A stretch of DNA of 64,000 nucleotides. Source: Tubiluchus corallicola (lineage: Eukaryota > Animalia > Priapulida). Under the pieces are notes generated by a model that saw only the letters and a list, made by a program, of their open reading frames with translations, was not told where the DNA came from and made no database searches. The stretch is taken from assembly GCA_030141605.1 (NCBI GenBank), contig JAQGDQ010000279.1, positions 186,001 to 250,000 of the forward strand. Reading direction: 5' to 3'. The position numbers and the translations under genes are program-made. Shown here in pieces: positions 1 to 12,700 of the stretch (positions are counted from its first letter, which is position 1; each line of letters starts with the position of its first letter).

Positions 1-830
1 ATATAATACTATGAACTAGAAACTGCACGCAGTAAGTAAAACATCATATATTAAAATTTTTCCACTTACAACACACCCAAGTTGAAAATAAACTCCCAAA
101 TAATCTAAACCAATTACTATTTAACTGAGTGGCAGTTTCTTTGTTTTATTCAAGCAGTCTAGTCACAAGTTTCACTGTCATGCCATTGTAAACACCAAAA
201 TACTGACATCCTGATTTAAGTAGATCTAATAGTGCATAATCTTGTAAACACTGATATATATATCAAAGCAACCAAAGTACAACCTGAGTCAAGAAGCTTG
301 TTTACCATGTTGTAACTCCTTACCATGTATTATTTGTTTGTGTCTGGGACAGACGGTTTGGTCTTTAGAACAGACTGTGTAGTTCCAACAAATGATACCA
401 ATCGGAATATCTTAACCAAAGAGAGGGCCTAGCCTTGAGACATTTCCGGACTATTACTGTTTATAATGAGTGTCAACGGCTAGTGTGTACCGGGGAACGA
501 TGTCCGGCAAAAGAAAAGGCATCTGGAATGGCAATTTTGGTGGGAAAATGTGAACGTGGTTTAAACGGGTTCGAAACCTCAAAGCAATGAGCTTTGTTTT
601 TTCAATGCAAACTTTGCCTGGTAGAACAGTCACACTTTGTGTCTAGAGCAGCAGCCCTGTTTTCTCTTGATCTGTGTTACTCTGGTGACCCATATTATAG
701 TTATAGTCTTAGAAAAAAGTCAGAATTAGTTTTGACTAGGGTTAGGGTTTTTTTCTTTTTTTCCTGTGACCTCTTTACCTTTGACTTTTTTACCTGGATT
801 AGAAATCACACGTAAAAAAGTTACAGGTAA

Positions 831-907
831 TATATATTGTATATATATATATATATATAGATAGATAGATAGATACATAGATAGATAGAGAGATAGATAG
901 ATAGATA
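831..907. repeat. (TA)n-(TAGA)n compound microsatellite
   Basis: tatatattgtatatatatat... followed by atagatagatagatacatagatagatagagagatagatag. Confidence 0.95.
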
Positions 908-994
908 AGTTCTAAGAGATGAATATTTTTAACAATGAACATTAGAAACCGGTAATTAAATAAATTTTGATGCATACCAATGTAACCCCTCCAC

Positions 995-1358
995 AGAAAG
1001 ACGGGAAAAGCAAAAAAAATGGGATACAACGTGGAATTGAAGCAGGGGCTTTCTGCTTACATTGTAGGTATCTTAGATCACTGTGCCACCACCCCTGTGA
1101 TCAAGGCAGTCCAAAGTTCATCACTTATTCTAAAAATTAATTTACTAATTTAATTAATTTAATTAATTAATTGGGATCATTCTCGTGAGAGAAACCTAAC
1201 ATCGAAATGATCAATTTGTTTGTCCAGCTCTAAAGGATAAACTTTGGACTGCCTTGACCAATGCAGCGGCATAGTAGTCTACGGCCTCTGCAATGTAAGA
1301 ACAACGTATCTGGTTCAATCCAGCCAGTATCCTAATTTTTTCTCGTTTCCTGTCTTTC
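995..1358. mobile_element. Inverted pair of tRNA-like segments (palindromic element or head-to-head SINE pair)
   Basis: 995-1122 (-) and ~1237-1358 (+) are homologous: GAT(G/A)AACTTTGGACTGCCTTGA, then an A-box-like motif (TGGCACAGTGATCTAAG / CGGCATAGTAGTCTACGG), CAATGTAAG, a B-box-like motif (GCTTCAATTCC / GGTTCAATCC), then GTATCC..TTTT..TTCC(C/T)GTCTTTC. Confidence 0.7.
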
Positions 1359-4165
1359 AAGTTTGCTATAAAAATTTAACTAATTGTCGGTAGGTAATAT
1401 CAGTGTAATTTAAACTATACCAAGAACAGTAATATACACAACAATCTAGCAAAAATAAATTTTAATTACAAATGTAGATTGTTTACCATCATTTATTCAA
1501 ACAAGTTCTCCGACATGTAGCAAAACGTTACTTTTTGAATCTCGGGTAACAACACTAACTTGTAAACCACACAAAGTTCTAGTGTGCAGGAAGAAAAAAT
1601 CTGGCAAACATAACGCTAACTAATACAGCATCTTACTACCTATAATTCCAATCAACAAAACGATGCTGCAAGGTAAAAGTAAAGGGTTACAGTTACTACG
1701 CGCTTAGTCTTGCAAAGATAAAGGTAACGTGTTACAGTTACTGTACACTAACCTGTGTACAAGAAAACCGCCAACGTGAAAAGCCCTTTTCGCAGTTTTT
1801 ACCGTCTTCTATGGAATATGGTAATTACAATATAACAAACACGCGGTGTTATTTACTCTAAGACTACCTTGCTACATACAAAGCGCGTTTTTCTGCGTTC
1901 TGACCCCCGCCACAACACAGACAGCCTCGCCAACGCATTCACTAGAACAGGCGAAAGTAGGTCGACTGTCTGGAAATGCCTGTAAATATTACCAGAGTGG
2001 CAGAGACCTGCAGTGAGTGTGTGAGTTGTTGCCCAGACGTCTGGTCGATAATAAACGACCATGACTGTGGTTAGGAAAGAGAAAGTGCCATTGCTGGGTC
2101 AATCGATAAAGCAAAAATTTATACAACAGTGTGCGATTCCTAGAAACGCTAGGTCAGGCGACAGCAGCGCACAGACGTAAGATGAAGGTTTTTTACGATA
2201 ATGTAAAAGTATACCACTAAAAAAGCTATTCGACAGATTTGACCAAACAATGATTAAGACGAAAACGGGTAGAAAGAGAGAGGTGGAAGGAGAATAACCG
2301 GATGTTAATCGTGCACGTGTGTACTATGCTTCAAAACACATCAGCACTGTTGAGCCTGTTAGCAAATAGATAAGTGACCAGGAGAAAAAACGATTTTGAG
2401 AGTTTCATCCGCCACAGCTTCATCCTGCCATTTCTCTCTAAGAAGGATATCGCTAAATCACTGTCTCATCTCAGAGGACTGATGTTGATAATTAAACAGA
2501 TTCCAGTCAAGCCACACCTATGTATAATAAGTAGACTCTGCCACAGCATGTTACACACCCACTTGCAGAGGAAGAACTGCATAAAAAGTGAAATATCTAG
2601 ACTAACACTAACATAACAACAAAAGCTGAAAACCTTAATTAATAACTCATAAGTAAACACAAAGTTGATTTGTGATATCTTTGTGATAACGGGAAATTGT
2701 GAAATATTAAAGTGTTTTTGGTTGCAGCCCTAGTGCACACTCACTGAATTCTTGCAACTTTGCGAGGGGTCAAATAACGTCTCATAACTTAACATTTATA
2801 TGACGTACATACAAAGCACAATCATTATTTGCCTTCAACAAACTTACGTTACAACATAAAAATTCTAAACGTAAAAGCGGAAAACAAACAGAAAACAAGT
2901 GAACATCTTTATTCGTCAATGCTCATGTAGAAGAGGCGTTCTGAAATACTCAGCTAATCAACTACCTAGATGACATGTGAAGAAATGCAATAGAAATGTG
3001 TATATAAATTTTTTCATACTGAAACGCGAATTAGTACATTAGATGCATGTATCATTGTCACTCGAGGCGGGAGTGTCCTGCATGTATGATCAATAACGTT
3101 TTTAGTAATACCAGTTAGCAAAATGAAGAATCGGTTGAAATTCGCCTGTCTGTGTTATGTAATGGTAGTTTTAGGTCACCCGGTAGTTAGGCTTAGCGAC
3201 GAAGGACTGCAGAAGCGGAAAATCTTACAAATGTCCCTGGGACTAAAAGTAGGCGTCCCAATGATGGACCGAGCCCAAAGATTTTGATAGATTCGAGGTA
3301 GTTGCGGGGGGGGGGGAGGTGTTGCAGCGAAGGGCAACAGAGCCCCACGAAGATTTCAATATATAGTCTTCTAAAATGTCAATTTTATTAAAATTTTCAC
3401 CACTTACATGTATTCCCATTGGTAATACGGCTACTACCTTCAAACATTATTTTACTCATTGTTACACACTCACTTGCAGCATTAATTAGTAGTCTTATAT
3501 GCACATCAAGCCCACATGGTGCCAAGTGATTTAAAACTGTGGTGCTTAACAAGATAATTTTGCCTTACGTACTGTTCCACAAAACTTCTTAGATTTTATT
3601 TGGCTCACGGTTTCTATCCCTTTGCCAGGGCACAACTTGAAATAATAACAGAACTATTCTGTAAAACATCTCATCCATCCAGGCACAAGTCTGATGCTGC
3701 TTAACTACTAAAGGAAGTATTTTTGAGTATCATAGAGGAATTAGATAGTGAAGCTTTAAGATGTTAGCACATGACTTGTACTGGTTGATGCCTAGGTAGA
3801 AAATGTTATGTTTTATGTCTCTCTTCAACTGTGGCTATTTCTATCATTTTTATCATGCAAAGTTGGTACCAAGTCACATCAACGGGTAAAAACCTCAGGA
3901 AAGTGATAGTAACATTGAAAGTTATTTCAACTCGCTAATTTCAGTTTCTGTGTAAAACATCTCCAGTTTTAAACAAATTCTGAGCAAAATTTTGGCTTTT
4001 GGCTAGAATACGGGTGTTATTACGCAGACAATAGCAAGCAACACGCCACAAGGTAGCGTCCAGATTCAGTTACCAGAAAAAGAACTCGCATGTGAATGGA
4101 AGGCTGACTAATTGGGCAATGGTGCTAAAGCTTTACAAACAAAAGTTCGACAATGGAGCTTACAG

Positions 4166-4525
4166 AGATTAGTTTGAGTGATGCGGAAGTGTTACACGAG
4201 GTACAGCTCTTTGACAGGGCAGCTACAATTGACAGGTTTAAACATAAAGACGGTACGGCGATGTCTATGATGAAGATAAAATTCAGTTCTCAGCATCTGT
4301 TGGAGAAAGCCATTGACGAAGGTATATAGGCCAACTCACACCCAACGTGGAACATTTCGAAAATAGGCAGAAGTTACTCGGGTGCTGTTAGTGCCAGTCT
4401 TACTGACATGTGACAAAATGGTGCAGAAAGAATGTAGTCTGTAGTAAGTGTGCTGAGAACCATAAGACATCGGACTGCAACTCGAGTGTCAAAAACTGTG
4501 TCAGCAGCACCTATCCAACGCACAT
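4166..4525 (+). pseudogene. LINE ORF1 (gag-like nucleic-acid-binding protein) remnant with CCHC zinc knuckles
   Basis: NVEHFENRQKLLGCC*CQSY*HVTKWCRKNVVCSKCAENHKTSDCNSSVKNCV: two CX2CX3-4HX4C knuckles and the start of a third; in-frame stops. Confidence 0.85.
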
Positions 4526-5809
4526 CGTTGACATGAAAAGAGTAAATTCTGCATGATGGGCAACTCAGAAAGGTTTTTAAGCATATCTCAAATTAACATT
4601 AATACTTTTTCTCATAGATCCAAGTTATCTCCAGATAACTGTAATAATACGAAATGTCTAGATTTAGAAAATGTGCAAGAAATGAAAAGAATGTGCAAGA
4701 AAAGTTAAAAACCCAAGCCCTAGGGGCTGTTCAGTATTTGTCAGAAACGATTTAATAACTTGTCGTCTTGGTGGTTTTGAGCACGACAATACCGACTCAA
4801 TCTGAATAATATTAGTCAAAAGTTTATCATGTATCAGGTTATGTACGACCCAAACAATGCCATGCACGCACACGTCCATTAAAAAGCCTGTCAACATGCT
4901 GGTAATAATAGTCTGGCTGGTTTAATTGTGACAGGCGCTTTTAACGCGAAAGGTTTCTTTGGGGATAATACAACAAACGCTCGTGGTTATCATTAACAAC
5001 TTAATTTCGTCTGTCTCGTACCCGATATTACCTGTTACTCCATTGTCCGAAACCTTTCGCTAAGTTCAAGGCAAAAGTATAACTGACATCATAATGGTAA
5101 CGCATATACACTAACAATTTCTGGGTCACTTTCCTGTTATTTCCAAATGTTCTCTATTCTGACAGGTGAGGCTATAAACAAAAGCAGGGTGTTTGACTTG
5201 AGAAGTGGCAATTGGTTTAACTGGTCCAGGTATTTAGAGTACTTAATACGGGAACATCTTCCACGAGCATAGATTTTGTTGCTCAAAAAACCTCATAGCA
5301 CTCTGGGAGCTACTGAAATAACTCACTAACAACACAAATAATGCAATATCACCGAAAAAGGCGATACGTAAACACCCAAACCATTTTGGAATCAATCTTT
5401 ATTTCAATTTATCACGTAGACTCCATGGTGCAAAGACAAATCGACATTTGGCTGAAAAAGAGATCTTTGATAAAGAGTTACGCAAGCGGCCGATGAGTGT
5501 GCGCCCAATTAAAAGTTCGACTTCTGGAAAGCCTAAAGAAAACGACATTGCACTACATAAATCCAGTGGTGCTGACTACATGCCATAAATTCAAACTTTG
5601 ACAATGAGTTCAAATTCATTCACTCCAGAATGAATTTTATTTCAGGCAATAAGCCTATCTCGATTAACAGTAGCTTCACCAAGGATGAATTAATTAAATC
5701 TATGCATTGATGGAGATGGTTATCATCTGCTAGGTTTCTGGGCCAGGGCAGTATTTCTGATTATAATGTGCAAGTTATGCCCTGGCCAGAACTAGTAAAT
5801 GGGTATGGC

Positions 5810-5843
5810 TTCTCTCTCTTGCTCTCTCTCCCTCACTCCCTCC

Positions 5844-5877
<34 letters not shown>

Positions 5878-5886
5878 TTCTCTCTT
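5810..5886. repeat. Imperfect (CT)n microsatellite inside the LINE
   Basis: Direct reading; explains the RERE run in ORF 5792..6076. Confidence 0.9.
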
Positions 5887-5984
5887 TTATCTCACTTCTA
5901 AAGAGGCCAACCTGTGTGTTAGAGATGTTGTGTGAAAAAAACTTGAAACTAACAACTTGTGAATTTTCAGATTGGTGACATATA

Positions 5985-6110
5985 CAAAATGGTGTTCGGC
6001 AAGACACAATTCTGGGACTTTTATAGTTTAATGTATATGTAAATGGAATCCCAACTGTAATTAATAATTGCTCCATAAGTCAATATGCTGATGATACAAA
6101 TGTAACTACT
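5985..6110 (+). pseudogene. Non-LTR reverse transcriptase core remnant (GVPQG-like and YADD motifs)
   Basis: caa aat ggt gtt cgg caa gac aca att ctg gga ... caa tat gct gat gat aca; YADD at 6084-6095; one in-frame stop. Confidence 0.9.
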
Positions 6111-7020
6111 CATGATTCTAATCCTAATTTAGCAGCAAATATTTTATGTAGGAAAATTGAAAGAAATAAAATTAATCCTTGATTATCATCATTTGAAACT
6201 TATCCCAATCTTTTTATTACAAACCCCCAGAGAAAGCCTAGAAAGTATTTATACTTTTGCTAATACAAACCATATATACTTGGAATGAAACTATACAGCA
6301 ATCTAACACCACAACATTTTTAGAAATGGAACTAAAAAATAAACTTACATCGAACATGCCAGTAAACAGCATAATGCAGAAAATGGAAATAGTATGTAAT
6401 TTTTAAGGCAAGTCAAAGGGCAATTGAATATTGAAGCTAAACTATTTGTAAAACATTAGTTTTTCCTTATTTAACATGTGGCTGCCAGCTATTAACAAAG
6501 GTAACAAAAAACTCTTTTGGCAGGCTTTAGTGAATACAAAACTATGTGCTAAACTAGTTCTTGGATACTTAGGTAAATGCAGTATTTACTCCGCAAGAGC
6601 AAATAGAGAAAAATTAAAAGTCCAATAATCGAAGTATACCTTCAGGTTTACAGCTTAATCTTACATAAATATTTAAATAATTTGAGTCCAGCATTTTACA
6701 ATAACAGAATCCTTTTTATTAAAGAACAGTAAACAAATAAACGAAAGTTCGATGTTAAACAGATGTAAACGAATAAAAAATACGGACATTATGCAGTTTC
6801 AAAAATCACTATTAGACCACTGATAAATTATACATTATTATATATACTATATTATATTATAATACTGATTATAATATATCATATATTAAAAATTATATAT
6901 GTGTATAATATATATAATATAATATATATTATATATTATTAATTTTTAATTGTTTACATAGAATAACATGTACTACTGTGTTGAAACGTAGTCATACAAG
7001 TTACAGTGTATAATATGTAT

Positions 7021-7633
7021 ACTTTGAAGTATGAAAAGATAAAACGTTTTGCCAAAGTATGCTTTAGCAAAATTAAATTTATTTTTACTACACTATATTA
7101 GGTGCATTTCGGTATGTATAAGGTTATGTGAAACTAAAACAGCCGACTTGAAACCCAAGGATTGAGTACTATGTTACCAATGTATGCATCAAAAAAAAAT
7201 TGTATATAATAATATATATCTATCTCTCTCGTGTATTTTCTAAAATTTTTCTTTTTTCTGCTCAATTTTTCTTGCTTGCTGTTAGATTAGGGCAAAGCCT
7301 TTACAAAACACGCCTTTTAGTTATTAATAATCAATCAGACAAAAGACTGTCAAATACCCAGAAGCAAATAAAACAAAATCAAATACATTAAAAACACATT
7401 CAGAAGACATATCACATCAAATTTTGCACATCCTAATAATAACACAGCTTTACTTTATAAAAGTGGAGCTATGTTCTCAAACTGATGGACAAGTTATTTT
7501 AAGGTGGACGTATATTAAAAACTATCAATATAGCAGCGGTAAACAAATCAATGCAGCAGCAATAACGGTGCAATATCAACTATTTAGTTTATGATACTTT
7601 GGCAAAACGTTTTATCTTTTCATACTTCAAAGT
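7021..7633. repeat. Perfect 40-bp inverted repeat (7021-7060 / 7594-7633)
   Basis: ACTTTGAAGTATGAAAAGATAAAACGTTTTGCCAAAGTAT and its exact reverse complement; no TSD visible. Confidence 0.95.
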
Positions 7634-10600
7634 GATGGTAACAGCTACACAGTCACAGTGTGTGCCAGACTGTGAAAGTTCAGCAGCACTGTGCTTGGTT
7701 AGTAAATGGACTAAAGACCATCAGAAAAACTGCTTCCAAATGATTAAATACGCCATCTGCTCCAGCTAATTCTCTTGTTCAGAAAGGTTGTACAAATATC
7801 CAAATACAGTTAAGACACCTCTGCTGATCCAACGTCTCCTTTTAGAGGATTGGTTTTTGTAATGACCAAAGTTCCGGGTCTGCCACACCTATATGTGGTA
7901 TCCTCTGTCATTAAGTGCCTAATTTTAGCTTTTAGTGTGTTGAAACGTACAAAAAAGCAAGAATTTTAATTGTATTTTTTGCACGCATTTGTAAATAAAA
8001 AAATGCTTTTAGCTAAATATTAAATTAAATGAATAATAAACAGAAATAAAATTACATTGCGCGATTTTTTTTGTCAAGATTGAATAATCGAAACATGGTC
8101 ATATATGCTCAAACAGAGGGAATAATGATATGCATGACGTACGCAGTAAACACACTAAAGTCAAATTTGCTTTTGTATATTTTCACAACATTTTTATTCT
8201 TGGAATTTATGTTTATTATGTGTTTATATTTTCTGATTTTTCAGAAACGATTGGCAGAAATTACCAACTATTTATCAAAAAAAAAATTACAGGGACATAT
8301 AAAAGAACATAAAATTGCAAATTAATAAATCAATTAAAATTATCATTATTGAATGACTAATTTAATTACATCAACGGCTACATTTTATCCTGGAATGTTA
8401 AGATTCATGATATCACAATGAAATATTGTTTTAGTATCCTTGTCTTTAACATTGTTGCACCATTTAAAGGTTATAAATTCAATATTTCATAATATACCTT
8501 GTAACATCTTTAAAAAAATCTTTTTTCACGCTTCGATATTGACTATCCTCTAATTTCAATTTCAGTTTATTTCACTCAGTAGCACACCATATTAGCATAC
8601 ATATACTACATCATTACATGATTAGCAGATAAAATTTAAACACTAATAATCATAATGATATCCATTAATATTATTTATGACAATACTACTGGAGCAGTTC
8701 AAGAAGCTTATTTTAGCTTGAAGGAACTGCTGAATGTGAAATAGCAATAAGCAGGTAGTATGTACAGGGTAGTATACATCTGTGTACAAGGGTAAAGTAC
8801 AGAAAAGGGTTAAGCAAAAATGTTATAGTTAAAAATTGGAATAGAAAGAACACAAGAATGACCACATTTTTTGCTTTTAAATTCACGTATTATTAAATCT
8901 TTCAAATCAGTGAGCAGTTTCTAACTAATTAACTATAATCGATAATGTAGCAATTAGGCTGTAAGGGTTTCAACAGAGTCTGTGCTAATATTTTGATTTT
9001 TACGTTTTGGCGCATTTGGTGGCGAATATATCAGATCAAATCACTATTATAATAACGTTTAACAACCTAACAGTAGGTAACAATTAATTATAAATATCAG
9101 TCAAATACTTATTAGTTACGCGACTTACGCCCACCGATAGTATTCTAGTCTAGACTATAAACACCAAGCCACTAGCATACTTACTGCTAGGGACCACACA
9201 GGTGCTTAAAAAGATATTTTTCAATTAACATGCGTCATAAATTACCAGCAGTCAGAAATATTAATGGATAATAAAATGCAAATGTTGTCATTAATGATTA
9301 AAAAACACAGCTTTCGAAAACAATGCATGCAATGAGAACGAAATCATAAAATGAAATACAATCTAATATAATGTTTATACATAACAAAGTTTGACTTTCT
9401 AATCTGATGACGGAATCTAATTTCAATAGCTGTAGTTTGTAAAGAGTGATAAAACGGAAAAAGCAACGCGCGACAAATGCTAATTTTTGGGCGCTTGAAA
9501 CGGGGTAAAATATGGAAGATTTTCTCTCTCATTTAGGGCGAGATTTCTGACGAAATATTTAGTAAAAACTGAAAGTACTCACATGTTAATGAAAACGATC
9601 GAAGCTGTGTCACTGTGGTACTATAGGCCTACACAAACCATCGACTGTCCTCACGTCTTGTTGCTTTTGATATCGATTGAGTCCTAGCACTAAACTGCCA
9701 ACGTTTCTTTTCGCCCTAGATATGTCACGTGACCGTCTGACTGAGGGCTCTGCATCCTATAAAAACTGTACCATACCGGTTTTTTTCTGAGACGAGAGAG
9801 TTAAAAAAATGCTACGCGCAGCTAGGGTTAGCCCAGTTTAACTTGATCCGTCTGCAAATATATCGAATTCTGGCGAGTGAACGTACGGGGAAAGAAAAAT
9901 GCGCAAGGGTTGAAGGCCACAAAGAGAAAGTGTTGGGGATGGAGATTGGCTGCTATTTCTGCACACAGCTGGCTCAAGTACTGAAGATTTCTAAACTGAT
10001 TGTTGCTAGATTTCTAAACGCATAGCACCAGCAAAACCTTAAATTCAGACGGAATTACAATTTTACCGACTAAAGCTAACTAAAAATTTACTAAAAAAAA
10101 CTGAAATACGGCTCAGCAATTTTTCAGTCTAATCAATAACCCTCGAAGAGATGCAAGTAATCGTCCCTGTTTCAATGGGTTAGTTCTGACATCACATTAA
10201 TATGAATATGCATAGTACTCCTATTTGGCAGTCAAATAATAGCTAGGCAATTTTATTTCAAGTTACCATAGTTTTAACAAATATGCCATGCAATTACCTG
10301 AACATTTTAGGCAAACTTTTACATTTTGCAAAATTTTACCTCTGAATTTAATGAAACTACATTAGAACCAAAATTGGGAAACAATTAAATTAATATTAAA
10401 GCTAGCAGACAACCACTGATATCAAAACTAGTAAACCAGTTATAGTAACTGGTGCTTCTTTAGCGCTGGTCGGTTGGAATAAAAAATGTCTCGTGGAAAC
10501 TGCCAGAAAGGATATGGATCTGTAGATCATATCTTTCCCGGCTTCAGAAAAGCACTTTTCAGGTAAAACTAAACAATTTCTTGGTTATCATAACAGTATG

Positions 10601-11589
10601 TACTTGTAGATTGTTGTCACTATACGCAGAATTTTTACATTAATTCTGCTCTTTCTTTAGACAAATCGCCACAGACAAGGCCAGTGGCCATGCAAGTTAA
10701 CAAGCTACGTTAGAGATGAAGATATACAGTTTCAGGATACAAAATCCGTCTACTGTTTTGCTAGGATTAAAAGATATCTGTGGATGGTCTTGAATCTGGC
10801 GAGATCAGAGAGTTTCCGCTGAAATCAAACAGCGAAAAATTCTGATTTCCGAAATGATGTCACTACAGAGACAGTCAGAATCCTAACCACTACGTTTTTG
10901 CTGTTTCTGTAGAGTGTCACTTTACAGACGAATATTGAAGAATTTAAATGATTTAACTTCTTTAGACATCATGAGACAAGACAAAACACACGATTACAAA
11001 CTAAAGTACCTAGCTTAAAATTGTGCAGAAACTGTTGACGACTCGACGGGCGTTCAGCTTGTGATTGTAGAACGCGCTCTAAAGAACAAATGCTCTAGTC
11101 TACGATCACCGTGACTGTTAAATGACGTCACTTCCGCTCCCACATTCGCGAGAAAACATTCTGGGATTGTAGCGTAGCTTCTCTATTGCTGGTTTCAGTG
11201 AAGCAATTTCCTAGGACAGCATTCCACAGATATGAACCCGAGGAAAAAACTTTACGTAAAGAAGCTGTTCTACATGTGGGAATGTCTAAAATGAGGATTA
11301 CGAAAAGCTGTAGGAAAATGAGTTCTACAAACAAACTGATGACATTTAACAACCAGTGATAAGAAGTCCTGAGAGCTTCTTTCACAGAGGCAGAGGATGC
11401 CAAGTGAAAAGTCTGATCAGGAAGAGAACAAACGCTCCTATTCTTAGTTTAGTAGCACAGCACTGCAACACTTTTGGCGAGAAAATTTAATTAGAAGAGA
11501 AAAAAGTGCCATGTCAACAACAATAAAAACCCAACACCTACTGTAGAAAATAGTAAATTGGCGAGACAATTATAAAAGCTTTGACTTAT

Positions 11590-12110
11590 TCGAGTTAAAG
11601 GCAACAAGCCAGTTTCGGTCCCAGGTCCAAACCGACATAAGATATCTTCCAAACTTCCCAGACGTTTCCAGTCGGGTGCTGTCAGTTAGGACACTTGTAA
11701 GTGTTGTCATTAGAAAACAGTATCATCACCATATATAAAAAACTTAGAAGTTGTAAGGACTTGCAGACCATTGGTGAAAAGCAGAGACAATGTAGGGGCA
11801 ATTACAGAACCTTGAGGAACACCAGCGTTGGTTTCATAGACAGCAGACTGTTCTTCACAAACAACTTGCAATCTGCGATTGTTGGGGTAGTATGATACAA
11901 CACAAAGTAAATATCGCCACCAATGCCGGATGATTGAAGACTGAGGAGTAGGCCTCTGGATACTTGAGGAGCCAGGGTGTGCTTAGAAATTAGCAACACA
12001 AGGTTAAGAAGTGTTACACCTAGTTAAAATGGATTAGTGATGGTAAAAAAAACTGCTTTTAGCTATGTTAAATGTCACACTGCCCTATTAATTCTGGGAG
12101 TATCATCCAG
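11590..12110 (+). mobile_element. Highly decayed non-LTR RT N-terminal fragment (possibly R2/Hero/NeSL-like)
   Basis: Collinear degenerate motifs: VSVPGPN (~11611-11632, SAPGPN-like), GNYRTL (~11797, NYRPI-like), PGC-like pieces, LHLVKMD..AFSYV (DLxNAFGSV-like); frameshifted. Confidence 0.45.
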
Positions 12111-12479
12111 ACTGAGTGAGAAGCCACAACAAAATCCATATTAGTAGTACTCCTTGCCTTAGTGTATGATGGGGGGGGGGGAGTACTGACTGGTGCTAAA
12201 CTGTATACAAGTAACTGATGCAAGTCTCATACGAAAAGGCAAGACATTAAAAATGCAGTTCTAACCTTTTAAGAAACTTTGTTAAATTTGATTAATTCGT
12301 TTTTTTTTTGTTGCGACATACTTCAACATACTGATGTTGTGAAATAAACATCACTTGCACTGCTTCTGCCAAAAATTGACAGGATTTTGATTGCTAAGTT
12401 GGTGATTACACATACTGTAAGTTACAAAAAGAAAATTTATTCAGTAGATTGTTAAATAGATATTCAGTAGATATTTAAC

Positions 12480-12700
12480 ATCTGACCTTCAATAAGCGGT
12501 AGTTCTCTATACATATATGTTTGACTTTTAACCTTAATTCACAGTAATGTTTTACAACTTTGACATTCGACATTCGACATTCAAGACTTCAACTCACAGC
12601 AGTGTTCTATACCTTTGACATTTGACTTTTTGACCTTCAATACACCAGGTACTAGTCTGCAAATTAGGCATTTGATGTTTTAACCATTAATACACAGTTG
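12480..12700. repeat. Degenerate TTGAC(C/A)T-based tandem repeat
   Basis: tgaccttcaat, tttgactttta, tttgacattcgacattcgacattc, tttgacatttgactttttgaccttcaat. Confidence 0.7.

Larger units (their letters stand above)
3900..6800 (+). mobile_element. Decayed non-LTR retrotransposon (I/Nimb/Jockey-like architecture): ORF1 gag-like, AP endonuclease, RT
   Basis: Manual translation: ORF1 RFKHKDGTAMSMMKIKFSS..AIDEGI and knuckles CC*CQSY*HVTKWC / CSKCAENHKTSDC at 4383-4480; endonuclease LIVTGAFNAK..TNARG at 4922-4987 and TFR*VQGKSITDI; RT QNGVRQDTILGLL*FNVYVNGIP..QYADDT at 5985-6098. Many stops and deletions; outer limits approximate. Confidence 0.9.

Noticed and set aside
735-750. TAGGGTTAGGG / CCCTAACCCTA telomere-like motif (also ~49228)
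   Set aside because: Under two units and embedded in a dispersed repeat; not a telomeric array
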